Below, in pieces: positions 1-11,463 of a DNA stretch of 64,000 nt. The notes beneath the pieces are model-generated. The model did not search any database. It saw only the letters and a list, made by a program, of their open reading frames with translations, and was not told the DNA's origin. Numbering within the stretch: position 1 is the stretch's first letter; every line of letters begins with the position of its first letter. This DNA comes from an uncultured Planctomycetota bacterium (lineage in GTDB: Bacteria; Planctomycetota; Planctomycetia; Pirellulales; Lacipirellulaceae), in NCBI GenBank assembly GCA_963719315.1, contig CAVRBU010000005.1, positions 159,135 through 223,134 on the forward strand, given 5' to 3'. Position numbers and translations under genes: made by a program.

Positions 1-3000
1 ACCGGAGTGCCATCTTCCAAGAACGGCATATCTTCAACCGGTAGAATCTTCGAGATGACGCCCTTATTACCGTGGCGGCCGGCCATCTTATCGCCGACCG
101 AGATCACGCGCTTCGTGGCGATGTACACCTTTACCATCTGCAACACGCCGCTGCGAAGCTCGTCGCCGCGCTTCATCGAGTTGAGCTTGCGATCGCGGGC
201 GTCGATGGCTTCTTCCACGTTCGGCCAAAGCTGCTTGAAGACCTTTTCGGCGTCTTTCTTGCGTTGGGGACTGCGAAGATCGAGCGAATCAATCTTGAAA
301 CTAGCGGCGCGTTCCGCGACGTAAGCGGGATCCTGATCGTGAATCATTGGAACGCCGTCATCATCCGTCACTTTGCGGCCAATGATTTTTTCGACCTCGA
401 GTACCAATTCACCGAACACCGAGGCGATCTGCTCGTTGCCTTCCTTCTCGGCAGCCTTCAGCGAACGCTCGAATTCCTTACGCTGATCCTCTGTGAGGCT
501 CATGCGGCGGGAGAACCGCTGCGTATCGATGACGATCCCCTCGACGCCGGACGGCACTTCGAGCGAATCGTTCTTAACGTCTTCGCCCGCTCGGCCAAAG
601 ATCGCGTGAAGCAGTTTTTCTTCCGGCGTAAGCTCGGTCTTGCTCTTCGGCGAGACCTTGCCGACCAGGATGTCGCCCGGCTCGACGAACGTGCCGATCT
701 GCACGATGCCGTTCTCGTCCAGATTACGAAGCATCTTCTCGCTGACATTGGGAATATCGCGAGTGAACTCCTCGCGACCGAGCTTCGTTTCGCGAATTTC
801 AACGTCGAATTCCTCGATGTGCAGCGAAGTATATGTGTCGTTCTTCACCAACTCTTCGCTGATGATGATGGCGTCCTCGAAGTTGTAACCCTCCCACGAC
901 ATGAACGCGACGAGCACGTTGCGACCGAGGGCCAACTCGCCCTTGAACGTTGCAGCGCCATCGGCGATGACCTGGCCCTTTTCAACCTTATCTCCGATAT
1001 GGACGATCGGCTTCTGGTTTTGGCAGGTCCGCTCGTTGAGGCCCACAAACTTCCGCATGCGATGCACTTCGGGGCCGATTTCGATCCGGTCTGCATCGAC
1101 ATAAGTCACGGTGCCCTTGTGGCCGGCGCGAATAATCATGCCGGAATGGAGCGCGACGTCGGTCTCCAAACCCGTGCCGACGATCGGCGGCTCGGTGACC
1201 AGCAGCGGGACGGCTTGCCGCTGCATATTCGAACCCATGAGAGCGCGGTTCGCGTCGTCGTGTTCGAGGAACGGAATCAAACCGGCCGACACGCCGATCA
1301 TTTGGCTGGGCGTGACGTCGATGTATTGAATCTGATCGATGGGGATGAGTACGAAGTCGGCCCGATGCCGGGCGACGATCGTCTCGCCTTGAATCTTGTC
1401 GTTCTCGATCGGCGAGTCGGCCGAAGCGACGAAGGCCTCGGATTCCTCGTCGGCTCGCAGCCACACGACATCGTCGGTCAGTTTGCCCTTGGTCACCTTG
1501 CGGTAAGGCGTGATCAAGAAGCCGTATTCGTCCACGGCGGCGTACATTGCCAGGCTGGAAATCAGGCCGATGTTCGTACCTTCGGGCGTCTCGATCGGGC
1601 AAATGCGGCCGTAGTGCGAAATGTGTACGTCGCGCACTTCGAAGCCAGCCCGCTTGCGATTGAGACCGCCTGGGCCGAGGGCCGACAGGCGTCGCTCGTG
1701 CGTGAGCATCGACAGCGGATTGGTTTGGTCAACGACCTGCGACAACTCACCCCGGCCAAAGAAGTACTCGATCGCGGCCGAGATGCTCTTCGGATTGATG
1801 AGACTACGCGGCGTCATGTCCTCGATATCCTTGAGGCTCATCCGTTCCTGCACCGTGCGGCGGAGCTTCAAAAAGCCCTTTCGCATTTCGTCCGAGGCAA
1901 GCTCGTCGATCGTGCGCAAACGACGATTGCCCAAGTGGTCGATGTCGTCGACGTGGGCGTCCCCTTCGCCAGTAATCAGAAGCATCAGGTACTTAACCGC
2001 ATTGATGAGGTCTTCGGGCCGAAGCACCATCTCATCTTCCGAGACCGAGACGTTGAGCTTGCGATTGATGCGAAAGCGGCCGACGCGGCCGAGGCGGTAG
2101 CGATTGGTGTCGTAGAACTTTTCGTGGAACAGCGACTTGGCCTTCTCCAATTGCGGCGGATTGCCGGGCCGCAACCGCTGGTAAATTCGCAGCAAGGCTT
2201 CTTCGTGGCTCGAGGTGCCGTCGTCGGCCAGCGCGTTGAGCAAGATCGAAGTAGCAGGCGCTTCCATGACCTCGACGAATTTGAGGCCGGAGTCTTTGAT
2301 CGTTTCAGCCGCAGTCTTCGTGATCTTTTGGCCGTTCTCGATAATGATCTCGCCGGCCCGATCGCTGCCGACCGGATAAACAACATCGCCCACGGCGACC
2401 TTGCTCTCCAACTTCGCAATGCTGCGAGAGTCGGTTACTTTTTGCTTGGTCGTATCGTAGAAAGTCCGCAGAATATCGGCATCCAGGCCGTATTTGGGGT
2501 CCATCGCGCGGAGCAGCGTCACAACGGAAAACTTGCCGCTCTGGTCGATGCGGACGGTGATGCTGTCCTTCTTGGTCGTATTGATTTCGATCCAGCTTCC
2601 CCGCTCGGGAATCACGCGGCAACTGAACAGCCGGCGCTCACCCGCTTCCATTTCGGAAACGAAGTCGATGCCGGGGCTGCGGTGCAATTGACTGACCACG
2701 ACGCGCTCGGCGCCGTTGATGATGAACTCGCCGCCTCCGAGCATGATCGGGAGGTCGCCCAGATAGACTTCTTCCTCGATCGGCTGCTCCTTGTTGAGCC
2801 GCATCCAAACGCGAAATGGCCGGCCGTACGTCAAACGCAACTGCCGGCATTCATCCGGTTCGTAGCGCGGCTTGCCCAATTCGTACCGTATGTACGAGAG
2901 TTGCAGCTTCTTGTCGTAGCTTTCGATCGGGAAGATTTCGCGCAGCACGCCCTCCAGGCCTTCATCCTTACGCTTGTCGGAGGGCGTATCGTATTGGAGA

Positions 3001-3119
3001 AACCGCGCGTAGCTCTTCGTCTGAATCTCGGTGAGATCCGGAATGGCATAGGGCGTGCGCCCGCTGCCGAAGCGTCGCGTGGTGTCGGTTTCTAAACGGC
3101 GTCGCGCAGTGACTGCCAT
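1..3119 (-). CDS. rpoB: DNA-directed RNA polymerase beta subunit (5' part; runs off window start)
   Basis: Hand translation from ATG at 3119: [10 protein letters not shown]...[11 protein letters not shown]...[23 protein letters not shown]. Follows rplL. Missing from the ORF track because there is no stop in the window. Confidence 0.97.
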   Translation of the reverse strand, partial: MAVTARRRLETDTTRRFGSGRTPYAIPDLTEIQTKSYARFLQYDTPSDKRKDEGLEGVLREIFPIESYDKKLQLSYIRYELGKPRYEPDECRQLRLTYGRPFRVWMRLNKEQPIEEEVYLGDLPIMLGGGEFIINGAERVVVSQLHRSPGIDFVSEMEAGERRLFSCRVIPERGSWIEINTTKKDSITVRIDQSGKFSVVTLLRAMDPKYGLDADILRTFYDTTKQKVTDSRSIAKLESKVAVGDVVYPVGSDRAGEIIIENGQKITKTAAETIKDSGLKFVEVMEAPATSILLNALADDGTSSHEEALLRIYQRLRPGNPPQLEKAKSLFHEKFYDTNRYRLGRVGRFRINRKLNVSVSEDEMVLRPEDLINAVKYLMLLITGEGDAHVDDIDHLGNRRLRTIDELASDEMRKGFLKLRRTVQERMSLKDIEDMTPRSLINPKSISAAIEYFFGRGELSQVVDQTNPLSMLTHERRLSALGPGGLNRKRAGFEVRDVHISHYGRICPIETPEGTNIGLISSLAMYAAVDEYGFLITPYRKVTKGKLTDDVVWLRADEESEAFVASADSPIENDKIQGETIVARHRADFVLIPIDQIQYIDVTPSQMIGVSAGLIPFLEHDDANRALMGSNMQRQAVPLLVTEPPIVGTGLETDVALHSGMIIRAGHKGTVTYVDADRIEIGPEVHRMRKFVGLNERTCQNQKPIVHIGDKVEKGQVIADGAATFKGELALGRNVLVAFMSWEGYNFEDAIIISEELVKNDTYTSLHIEEFDVEIRETKLGREEFTRDIPNVSEKMLRNLDENGIVQIGTFVEPGDILVGKVSPKSKTELTPEEKLLHAIFGRAGEDVKNDSLEVPSGVEGIVIDTQRFSRRMSLTEDQRKEFERSLKAAEKEGNEQIASVFGELVLEVEKIIGRKVTDDDGVPMIHDQDPAYVAERAASFKIDSLDLRSPQRKKDAEKVFKQLWPNVEEAIDARDRKLNSMKRGDELRSGVLQMVKVYIATKRVISVGDKMAGRHGNKGVISKILPVEDMPFLEDGTP

Positions 3120-3408
3120 AGGATTCGTTACTCCATCTCAGAGCGCGATGCGGCCGGACTGCAAGACAAGCGAGCCGCGCGACGAACGAAGCGCACAGCC
3201 GCGAGCGGCAGTTTCGACCGACATGCAGAATTAAGAAACAAGCGATCGGGGAGGCTCATGCAAACTGGCGCCAAAATTGGCGGACCATGTGGACCGCGCC
3301 GGAGGAAAACCGAACCATCGACGGATGTTTGGATGCCTGGGGCAACACCCCGAACTATCCAACCGGGGCCTAGCCCCAGCTACCCGCCGACTGCCAACAC
3401 TGCGCCGA

Positions 3409-3816
3409 TTACTTGATCGAGCAGGTAGCGCCGGCTTCCTCCAACTCGGCTTTGAGCTTTTCGGCGTCTGCCTTGGAGAGGCCTTCCTTGACCTTGCTCG
3501 GCACGGCTTCAACCAGATCCTTGGCCTCTTTGAGACCCAGGCCGGTCGCCTGTCGAACCACCTTGATGACGCCGATCTTTTTATCGCCGAAACCTTCCAA
3601 AACGACATCGAACTCCGTCTTTTCGACAGCCGCGGCCGCGCCGCCGCCACCGTCTGCCGGGCCGGCCATCATCACGGCCCCACCGGCCGCCGGCTCGATG
3701 CCGTGGACGTTTTTCAAATAGTCGCTCAACTCCTTGGCCTCTTTCAGCGTGAGGCCTACGATCTGATCGCCCAACTTCTTGGTCGTATCAGTAAATTCCA
3801 TCGTCGCGGTTGTCAT
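3409..3816 (-). CDS. rplL: 50S ribosomal protein L7/L12
   Basis: [24 protein letters not shown]...[12 protein letters not shown] motif; operon position. Confidence 0.98.
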   Translation of the reverse strand: MTTATMEFTDTTKKLGDQIVGLTLKEAKELSDYLKNVHGIEPAAGGAVMMAGPADGGGGAAAAVEKTEFDVVLEGFGDKKIGVIKVVRQATGLGLKEAKDLVEAVPSKVKEGLSKADAEKLKAELEEAGATCSIK

Positions 3817-3965
3817 GGTTCGTACTCACCTTTCTCGTACTGGGTCGCAAATGCTGATTGATTTTATGGGTACTGGGCAAACGTTGGTTGGGTCGAGACT
3901 TCGAGACCCACCGGGTTTTTCCCATCGTATTGGTGCGTCTCGCGGACTCGACGCACCCTGCATGC

Positions 3966-4496
3966 TTACTCTGAGGCTTCGCCCTCTTCACTCTTCTTCT
4001 TGATCTGGCTCGCCAATTTGGCACCGGCACTGAGCAATTGAGCATTCAATGTAGCTCCGGGACCAAGGATCTGGCCGCTCAAAATGCTCAACTGCTCCAA
4101 TCGGTTCGGCCACTTGCTGACGGCCTTAACCTGGTCCGCAGCCAGCGGCTGACCATCCATCACGCCGCCCTTCGGCACGAACGGCTCGAACGCCTTGTCC
4201 TCGGCGATGTGAATGACCTCTTTGGCCAGCGAAATAATGTCTTCGCCGCCCCAAATCAATGCCATCGTCCCTTGCGCGGCTTCGAACGCCGGCGCGAAGC
4301 GGGTCCCTTCGGTCGCCCGCCGAGCCAAACTGTTCTTCACCACCAGCAAGTGGATGTTCTTTTTCCGCAGCCGCTGTCGCAGCGCGACGTTCTTCTCGTT
4401 TTTCAGACCGATCACATCGACTAACAGCGCGTCTTCCACACCATCCAGCCGATTGCGAAGGTCCTTCGTGATTAAGTCTTTGACGTATTTGCTCAT
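3966..4496 (-). CDS. rplJ: 50S ribosomal protein L10
   Basis: LRQRLR...VVKNSLARRA motif; lies between rplA and rplL. Confidence 0.95.
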   Translation of the reverse strand: MSKYVKDLITKDLRNRLDGVEDALLVDVIGLKNEKNVALRQRLRKKNIHLLVVKNSLARRATEGTRFAPAFEAAQGTMALIWGGEDIISLAKEVIHIAEDKAFEPFVPKGGVMDGQPLAADQVKAVSKWPNRLEQLSILSGQILGPGATLNAQLLSAGAKLASQIKKKSEEGEASE

Positions 4497-4521
4497 TGTG
4501 TCTGACTGAGACCTCTTTCTC

Positions 4522-5202
4522 CTACACTGCTAACCGCACACTCGGGCTCATCGTGCCGCTGATGTGGACCCCTTTGATGAAGGTGCCCTTCACCGAGCCC
4601 GGCTTCAGCGCGACGACTTTGTCCAAAAACGCTTGAATGTTGTCCACGAGCTTCGGTGCATCGAAGCTCATTTTGCCGACGACGGCCTGCACGATGCCGG
4701 CCTTGTCGTTGCGGAATTCCACTTTACCCGCTTTGTACTCGCCCACCGTTTTGCCGATTTCCGGCGTCACGGTGCCGGCCCGCGGCGACGGCATCAGCCC
4801 GCGCGGACCCAGGACTTTGCCTAGCGGGCCGACGAGCTTCATCATGTCCGGTGCGGCGATGCAGGCGTCGAACTCCGTCCAGCCGCCTTTGATCTTGTCG
4901 GCCAGGTCTTCTTCTCCCACAAAATCGGCGCCGGCGGCCTTGGCTTCTTCCGCCTTTGCACCCTTGGCGAAAACGACCACGCGCTGCTGCTTGCCGATGC
5001 CGTGCGGCAACACGATCGAGCCACGAATCAATTGCTCGGCCTGCGTGTTGTCGATGCCCAGTCGGATCGCGACCTCGACCGACTGATCGAACTTCGTGGT
5101 GTCGAAACCCTTGAGTGCCTTGACCGCTTCCGGCAACGGCAACGGATCTTCGACCTTCCGCTTTTCCGCCAGGGCCCGATATCGTTTGGATTGTTTTGCC
5201 AT
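4522..5202 (-). CDS. rplA: 50S ribosomal protein L1
   Basis: [36 protein letters not shown] motifs. Confidence 0.98.
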   Translation of the reverse strand: MAKQSKRYRALAEKRKVEDPLPLPEAVKALKGFDTTKFDQSVEVAIRLGIDNTQAEQLIRGSIVLPHGIGKQQRVVVFAKGAKAEEAKAAGADFVGEEDLADKIKGGWTEFDACIAAPDMMKLVGPLGKVLGPRGLMPSPRAGTVTPEIGKTVGEYKAGKVEFRNDKAGIVQAVVGKMSFDAPKLVDNIQAFLDKVVALKPGSVKGTFIKGVHISGTMSPSVRLAV

Positions 5203-5206
5203 AGTT

Positions 5207-5269
5207 GGGTGTCGGATGTCAGGTGTCGGGTGTCAGATTTCTGATTCCGACACCTGACACCTGACACCT
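5207..5269. repeat. Palindromic heptamer-repeat hairpin, (RGRTGTC)n ... (GACACCT)n
   Basis: gggtgtc ggatgtc aggtgtc gggtgtc aga / tct gattc cgacacc tgacacc tgacacc between rplK and rplA. Confidence 0.85.
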
Positions 5270-5278
5270 CTTTCTTTT

Positions 5279-5704
5279 TTAACCTTTAACCTCTAATCCC
5301 ATGCTGCGGGCTGTGCCGGCGACCATGTTCACTGCGTGATCGACGTCGCTCGCGTTGAGGTCGGCCATTTTGATTTTGGCGATCTCCTCCATTTGGGCCC
5401 GCGTCACTGACCCGACTTTTTCCTTATTCGGAACCGGCGAGCCCTTGGCGATGTTGGCCGCCTTCTTGAGCAGCACGGCCGCCGGCGGGCTCTTGGTGAT
5501 GAACTCGAACGAGCGATCGTTGTAAACCGTCACCACGACAGGAATCATCATCCCGCCCGCCTCGCGAGTCCGCTCGTTGAACTGCTGCACGAACTGACCC
5601 AGGTTGATGCCGTACTTGCCGAGCGAAGTACCAACCGGCGGCGCCGGCGTAGCCTGCCCGCCCGGAATCTGAAACTTCGCCATGCCTGCAAATTGTTTTG
5701 CCAT
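5279..5704 (-). CDS. rplK: 50S ribosomal protein L11
   Basis: [34 protein letters not shown] motifs. Confidence 0.98.
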   Translation of the reverse strand: MAKQFAGMAKFQIPGGQATPAPPVGTSLGKYGINLGQFVQQFNERTREAGGMMIPVVVTVYNDRSFEFITKSPPAAVLLKKAANIAKGSPVPNKEKVGSVTRAQMEEIAKIKMADLNASDVDHAVNMVAGTARSMGLEVKG

Positions 5705-5712
5705 TTTTTTGA

Positions 5713-5791
5713 AGCTGTTAGCTGTTAGCCATTAGCTATTAGCCAGAAGATTCGATTCTGGCTAATAGCTAACAGCTAAGAGCTAATGGCT
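5713..5791. repeat. Palindromic heptamer-repeat hairpin, (TTAGCTR)n ... (YAGCTAA)n
   Basis: agctgttagctgttagccattagctattagccagaa / ttctggctaatagctaacagctaagagctaatggct between nusG and rplK. Confidence 0.9.
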
Positions 5792-5795
5792 CTCC

Positions 5796-6659
5796 TCACA
5801 CTGCTTCGATCTGCCAATATTCCAACTCAACCTGCGTGCTGCGGCCGAAGATATGAATCAGCACCGTTACGCGGCCGCTGGCTTCGTCGATCTTTGCCAC
5901 TTCGCCTTCGAAGTTCTCGAAATTACCTTCCTTCACCTTGATCTTGTCGCCAGCCGAGAACTTGATGTCGAGCTTGGGCGATTCGCTGGTTTCCTCTTCC
6001 TTGGTCTGCACAATCCGGGCGACTTCGCTGGCCAGCATCGGCGTCGGCTTGCCGCCGGCGCCCGTGAAATCCCCCACGCCCGCCGTCTCGCGCACCGCGA
6101 ACCACGTGTCGTCGTTGATGTGCATGTGCACGACGATGTAACCCGGATACAACTTCCGCTCGACGACTTTCTTCTTGCCCCCTTTGAATTCCGTCACTTT
6201 TTCGGTGGGCACGATCACCTGGTCGAAGAAGCGATCGTACCCCTCGATGCGCATCTTCCGCTCCAAGGCCTCGGCAATCGTGCGCTCGCGATTGCTTTGG
6301 ACCTTGAGGATGTACCAATCCATGCTAGTGTCTTCGGGCTCCTCCGGCGTCAACTCGACCGGCTGTCGTCGGGCGATCGCCGCCGTGGAATTCTCCGCTT
6401 CAACGCTCGCGGGCTCTTCGATTTCCACCGACTCGTCTGGTGCCGACTCGTCGCTTTCGACATCGCTCTCGGCCGAATCGGCGTCGCCCGCTTGAGCTTC
6501 GTCCGCCGCTTCCGCCTCCGGGCCATTCGTTTCACCCGACGATTCGACAACGGACTGCTGACCGTTGGATTGCGCAACCTCGGACTCCTCGAGCGCGGTA
6601 TCGTCGCTGCGATTACTCACCGCGTCGTCGGCCACGAATGCTGGATCGTCGTCGGTCAT
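5796..6659 (-). CDS. nusG: Transcription termination/antitermination factor NusG with acidic N-terminal extension
   Basis: WYILKVQSNRE, YPGYIVVHM, KOW region and IFGRSTQVELEY motifs; about 110-aa D/E/S-rich leader. Confidence 0.96.
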   Translation of the reverse strand: MTDDDPAFVADDAVSNRSDDTALEESEVAQSNGQQSVVESSGETNGPEAEAADEAQAGDADSAESDVESDESAPDESVEIEEPASVEAENSTAAIARRQPVELTPEEPEDTSMDWYILKVQSNRERTIAEALERKMRIEGYDRFFDQVIVPTEKVTEFKGGKKKVVERKLYPGYIVVHMHINDDTWFAVRETAGVGDFTGAGGKPTPMLASEVARIVQTKEEETSESPKLDIKFSAGDKIKVKEGNFENFEGEVAKIDEASGRVTVLIHIFGRSTQVELEYWQIEAV

Positions 6660-6700
6660 TGTTACTTTGCACGCAGGCTGGAAGCCGGGCTACTCGCCCC

Positions 6701-7177
6701 TCACCCAAACACCCAACTAACGAACGAATCGATTCCATCCAAGATAAATTTCAATACGGCGTCATACGCGAACAACAGACCCGCCAGGAAAAAAATGACC
6801 AGGATGACCACGAGCGACGCGCGGAATAATTCGGCCCGCGACGGCCACGACACCTTGTTCATCTCCCCTTCGACCGAAATCAAAAAATCCGCAAAGGTCG
6901 GCATCTGCACCACACGGAAACTGGCCCATAGTCCAACGGCCAGCACCCCCAGCGGAATGAAATACTTGACCACATTCTGTTGGGCAGTCGTCCAATCCGG
7001 CTTGTCGCTCACGTAGCCACCCATGTACCGGCTCAAGCTCCAAGCACCGAGGGCAACGATTATCGCAAAGGCCCCAAAGGTCGCCTGCCGAGCTATGCGA
7101 CCCTGGTTCCGTTTGTACAAACCAAAGCTAAACAGCTCGTGGAATATGCTGCCAAAGCCCGTCGTATCGTTAGCCAC
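6701..7177 (-). CDS. secE: Preprotein translocase subunit SecE (3-TM type)
   Basis: FLISVEGEMNKVSWPSRAEL motif; upstream of nusG. Confidence 0.95.
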   Translation of the reverse strand: MANDTTGFGSIFHELFSFGLYKRNQGRIARQATFGAFAIIVALGAWSLSRYMGGYVSDKPDWTTAQQNVVKYFIPLGVLAVGLWASFRVVQMPTFADFLISVEGEMNKVSWPSRAELFRASLVVILVIFFLAGLLFAYDAVLKFILDGIDSFVSWVFG

Positions 7178-7266
7178 GATTGGTCACTACTCCATTAATA
7201 GATTGCGTCGTAGCAAACTCGATCGAAAAAACATCCGCCGCTTTCCATCCCACCGATATATTCAAA

Positions 7267-7342
7267 TGGCAGGGGTGGTGGGACTCGAACTCACAACCCC
7301 CGGTTTTGGAGACCGGTGCTCTGCCAATTGAGCTACACCCCT
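7267..7342 (-). tRNA. tRNA-Trp(CCA)
   Basis: Reverse complement AGGGGTGTAGCTCAATTGGCAGAGCACCGGTCTCCAAAACCGG...GTTCGAGTCCCACCACCCCTGCCA; cloverleaf with encoded CCA end. Confidence 0.97.
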
Positions 7343-7421
7343 GGGGCAAGGGGGAAGGATGAAGCAGGAAAACGGAAGGAACTCTTAATTCCTTCCCCCT
7401 TCCACCCTCCGCCCTCCACCT
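7343..7421. repeat. Degenerate heptamer-repeat hairpin, (GGNNGAA)n ... (TTCCNCC)n
   Basis: ggggcaa gggggaa ggatgaa gcaggaa aacggaa gg ... ccttcccccttccaccctccgccctccacc between tuf and tRNA-Trp. Confidence 0.6.
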
Positions 7422-7428
7422 TAATATT

Positions 7429-8628
<1,200 letters not shown>

Positions 8629-8757
8629 TGTTAATTCCTGACTGACAACAAATAGGAGTCGAAAAAGGGTTGATCTAAAATTACAATCATCGAGTCATCG
8701 ACCGCGAGCAACGGTTATCTCGCTCTAACAGCAAAGTTGTTTCGCCGCGGCGAACAA

Positions 8758-8830
<73 letters not shown>

Positions 8831-8838
8831 AGGAATCA

Positions 8839-8931
8839 AGCTATTAGCTATTAGCCTTTAGCTGTTAGCTCAAACTTCTGTTTCTTGCTTCTTCTTTCTG
8901 GCTAAGAGCTAACAGCTAATAGCTAACAGCT
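8839..8931. repeat. Palindromic heptamer-repeat hairpin (TTAGCTR family, same as 5713-5791)
   Basis: agctattagctattagcctttagctgttagct ... ggctaagagctaacagctaatagctaacagct. Confidence 0.9.
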
Positions 8932-8938
8932 TCCCCAA

Positions 8939-9009
8939 AGCGGGTGAAGGGAATCGAACCCTCGTCATCAGCTTGGAAGGCTGTCGCTCTACCATTGAGC
9001 TACACCCGC
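8939..9009 (-). tRNA. tRNA-Gly(TCC)
   Basis: Reverse complement GCGGGTGTAGCTCAATGGTAGAGCGACAGCCTTCCAAGCTGA...GGTTCGATTCCCTTCACCCGCT. Confidence 0.96.
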
Positions 9010-9015
9010 ACAATG

Positions 9016-9107
9016 GTCGAGGGCTGAGGGTCAAGAGTCGAGAGCCAACAAAACGCCCCGCAGCAGCGTGCGTTCTGGCTCTCGACTCTCGACTCTCGAC
9101 TCTCGAC
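9016..9107. repeat. Palindromic heptamer-repeat hairpin, (GAGRGTC)n ... (CTCTCGA)n
   Basis: gtcgagggctgagggtcaagagtcgagagcc ... ggctctcgactctcgactctcgactctcgac. Confidence 0.9.
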
Positions 9108-9119
9108 GTTCTTCTTCAT

Positions 9120-9202
9120 TGGGGAGTGCAGGATTCGAACCTGCGAAGGCATAAGCCATCAGATTTACAGTCTGACCCGTTTGACCGCTTCGGTAACTCC
9201 CC
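9120..9202 (-). tRNA. tRNA-Tyr(GTA)
   Basis: Reverse complement GGGGAGTTACCGAAGCGGTCAAACGGGTCAGACTGTAAATCTGA, long variable arm, GGTTCGAATCC. Confidence 0.96.
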
Positions 9203-9491
9203 GCGCTCGTTCGCAACTCGCCGCCGAGCCGCAACGCTGAGGACCGACTCGCCACGCTCGTCGAGGGCGACAGCGCTTTCGCAAGCGCTATTTCACCGCA
9301 CTCGTCGAACGCTACTGGCTGGATGCCACAAAGTCGCGATCGTCCGAAACTTCGCAGACCACACTCACACGACAGCGCCTGCCAATCGTCACGGCTTGCC
9401 CGCCCCGTGCGGGGCCACTCACCGCGGCGAACTCCACTCACCCGATCTCAAATCCGCCGCGCTCACCCCACATCACGTCCACGTTTCGACG

Positions 9492-9564
9492 AGCTAGCGG
9501 AGGGACTTGAACCCACAACCTGCTGATTACAAATCAGCTGCTCTACCAATTGAGCTACGCTAGC
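9492..9564 (-). tRNA. tRNA-Thr(TGT)
   Basis: Reverse complement GCTAGCGTAGCTCAATTGGTAGAGCAGCTGATTTGTAATCAGC...GGTTCAAGTCCCTCCGCTAGCT. Confidence 0.96.
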
Positions 9565-9955
9565 GCACAGTGGGGCAAACACGTGCGAATCAGTTAATAT
9601 ACCGGTCCAACGGCCCGCCGCAAGGGCGGCTGGCGAGAGATTTGCAGGGGTGAGCGGAAACTCTTTACGACCGCCTATGTGAGTCAACGGATTAGATTCT
9701 GTGATTTCACCATGAGGCAGTCAAATCACTAGCCCTCGGCAGCGCCAAGACAAATCTTCTATTTACAAGAAATTCGGTCGGCTAGCACATCCGTATGCAG
9801 CAGATACGCGTTGTGTGTTGCTTCAGTTTAGCCAGTTTAGCCTACGACGTCGCTCCAGCAATCGCGCGGAATTAACATTGCTTTGGTTTGTTCGAAACCC
9901 TGGCACAAGAATTTAAGGAGATCCGGTCAGTCTCAAAAACGACAACGCACACACT

Positions 9956-10129
9956 CTATCGCCCGCGACCAAACCATACGACAAATGGAAGAAGTATCAA
10001 CCACGAAATTGCCGAGACCGCAACGGGGACCTTTATTAAGCGGAGGAGCATTTCGACCACTACATCGAAATGCGATCCAGTTCCGCCCATACCTCGCAAG
10101 TCGACAATCAGGAAGCTCAACCAAAATAA
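9956..10129 (-). pseudogene. 3' half of a membrane-protein gene split by the transposon
   Basis: Removing 10130-13909 and one TSD copy joins ...WVAASLFW to LSFLIVDLRGMGG...SWLILLPFVVWFGRGR* in frame. Confidence 0.85.
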
Positions 10130-10150
10130 GGTAGTGGGCCAGTTTGCCTG

Positions 10151-10999
10151 CTAAAATTTTTCCGAATGGCACGCGGCCGGCAGTAGTTCTACTATGTCCC
10201 GAATCGTCCATGTGCGTTTTGCGATTCCGATTGCCCGCGCAGGAGTCGTTTTCAGCGTCATGTGCCTGCGAACAAAGTTGTGGTGCATGAAGTCTAGGGC
10301 AATCGAATAGGCGAGATTCTCGGCCTTCTTGCTGAAAGCATTCGTGAGCCGTGTAAAGCGGCGATTCTTCATGCGAATGTTGAGGTTCTGTCGCTCGGCA
10401 TAACTGGTCGAAACGTAATCGGGGTCGGGGTCGCCGTCGATCCGCCGCTTCTCAGCCCCAAGGCATTTGCCGGGGCTGTACCGCGTATCTGGCTCGCCTT
10501 CCGTGCCGTACAGCTTGATTAGCTGGGCATAGTCCACCGCTCCACCTAAGTACGTCTCCACGGCGCCCAGGTACACCCGGTTGCCATCCGTCGTCAGTTG
10601 CACACGGTTAGCCAAGCGGTCCGCAACGTCGGAAATAAACGCATGGGCATTGGCAGCGTCGCGCGCTCCGAGCTTCCAGCTAACCATGAGCTTCGTTTCG
10701 GCGTCCATCGCGGTCCAAGTCCACATTGAACCGACGCCGGGCATGCCACGCATTTTCTCTGGCAGATTCTTCTCCTTGGCGTAGCAGAAACACCAAATTT
10801 CGTCGCATTCCAGGCGATTGCACGGCAAGTTGCGGAGAACGGCGTCCTGATATTCCAGGCAGGCCTCGCCAACCATGCCCAAGAGCTTCAAAACCGTGTC
10901 TTTGGCTACCCCCGTCATGCGGACTGTCGAGCGGATCGAACAGCCTTCAACTAGGGCGGAAACCACGGAAACTCGCTTTTCGGTGCTTAGTATATTCAT
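10151..10999 (-). CDS. IS1-family-like DDE transposase (N-terminal HTH, single ORF)
   Basis: MNILSTEKR...LVEGCSIRSTVRMTGVAKDTV (HTH); CDEIW, TTDG and ERQNLNIRM..RRFTRLTNAFSKK (D-D-E) motifs; stop 4 nt from the TIR. Confidence 0.88.
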   Translation of the reverse strand: MNILSTEKRVSVVSALVEGCSIRSTVRMTGVAKDTVLKLLGMVGEACLEYQDAVLRNLPCNRLECDEIWCFCYAKEKNLPEKMRGMPGVGSMWTWTAMDAETKLMVSWKLGARDAANAHAFISDVADRLANRVQLTTDGNRVYLGAVETYLGGAVDYAQLIKLYGTEGEPDTRYSPGKCLGAEKRRIDGDPDPDYVSTSYAERQNLNIRMKNRRFTRLTNAFSKKAENLAYSIALDFMHHNFVRRHMTLKTTPARAIGIAKRTWTIRDIVELLPAACHSEKF

Positions 11000-11005
11000 G
11001 CCCAT

Positions 11006-11034
11006 ATTATGCGTGACCGCTCTCGCATTGTCAA
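11006..11034 (-). promoter_or_regulatory. Sigma70-type promoter for the transposase (probably leaderless)
   Basis: TTGACA-17 nt-CATAAT, then 6 nt to ATG 10999. Confidence 0.65.
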
Positions 11035-11077
11035 TGGCTATTTGTGAAATTGTGAAACATGATTGCACAAACATGAC

Positions 11078-11106
11078 TTGACGGCGGGAAAAAGGTTCGA
11101 TATGAT
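11078..11106 (+). promoter_or_regulatory. Sigma70-type promoter for the higB-higA cargo operon
   Basis: TTGACG-17 nt-TATGAT upstream of ATG 11141. Confidence 0.6.
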
Positions 11107-11140
11107 CTATTGTGGAGGTGCGGCAGATCGGAATGAGAGG

Positions 11141-11449
11141 ATGGATGCCCGACACGACGATCCTGAGCTAGAAAAGGCGGAAACCGACCCTAACTATAAG
11201 GGAGGATTGGACTTAAAGCGGGTGCGCGCCCTTCGGAAGGTAATGAACATCGTTCGGAACTACATCCGGAATGAGAGCCAGCTTCGCTTCTATCCCGGTT
11301 TGAATTACGAGCCATTAAAGGGGAATCGCAGTCACCAACATTCCATGAGACTTAACGATCAGTGGAGGCTAATCATCGAAATCGAAAAGAGACCAGGACC
11401 AAACAATAATGTCTGCGTCGTGAAAGGAATCGAGAAACATTACGAGTAG
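11141..11449 (+). CDS. HigB-like (RelE/ParE superfamily, plasmid maintenance killer type) toxin
   Basis: LNYEPLKGNRSHQHSMRLNDQWRLI motif; directly upstream of a HigA-like gene. Confidence 0.85.
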   Translation: MDARHDDPELEKAETDPNYKGGLDLKRVRALRKVMNIVRNYIRNESQLRFYPGLNYEPLKGNRSHQHSMRLNDQWRLIIEIEKRPGPNNNVCVVKGIEKHYE

Positions 11450-11463
11450 GAAGGAAGGACGCG

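Noticed and set aside
72..3095. 1007-aa plus-strand ORF
   Set aside because: Antisense shadow of rpoB; high-GC codon bias leaves the opposite frame open
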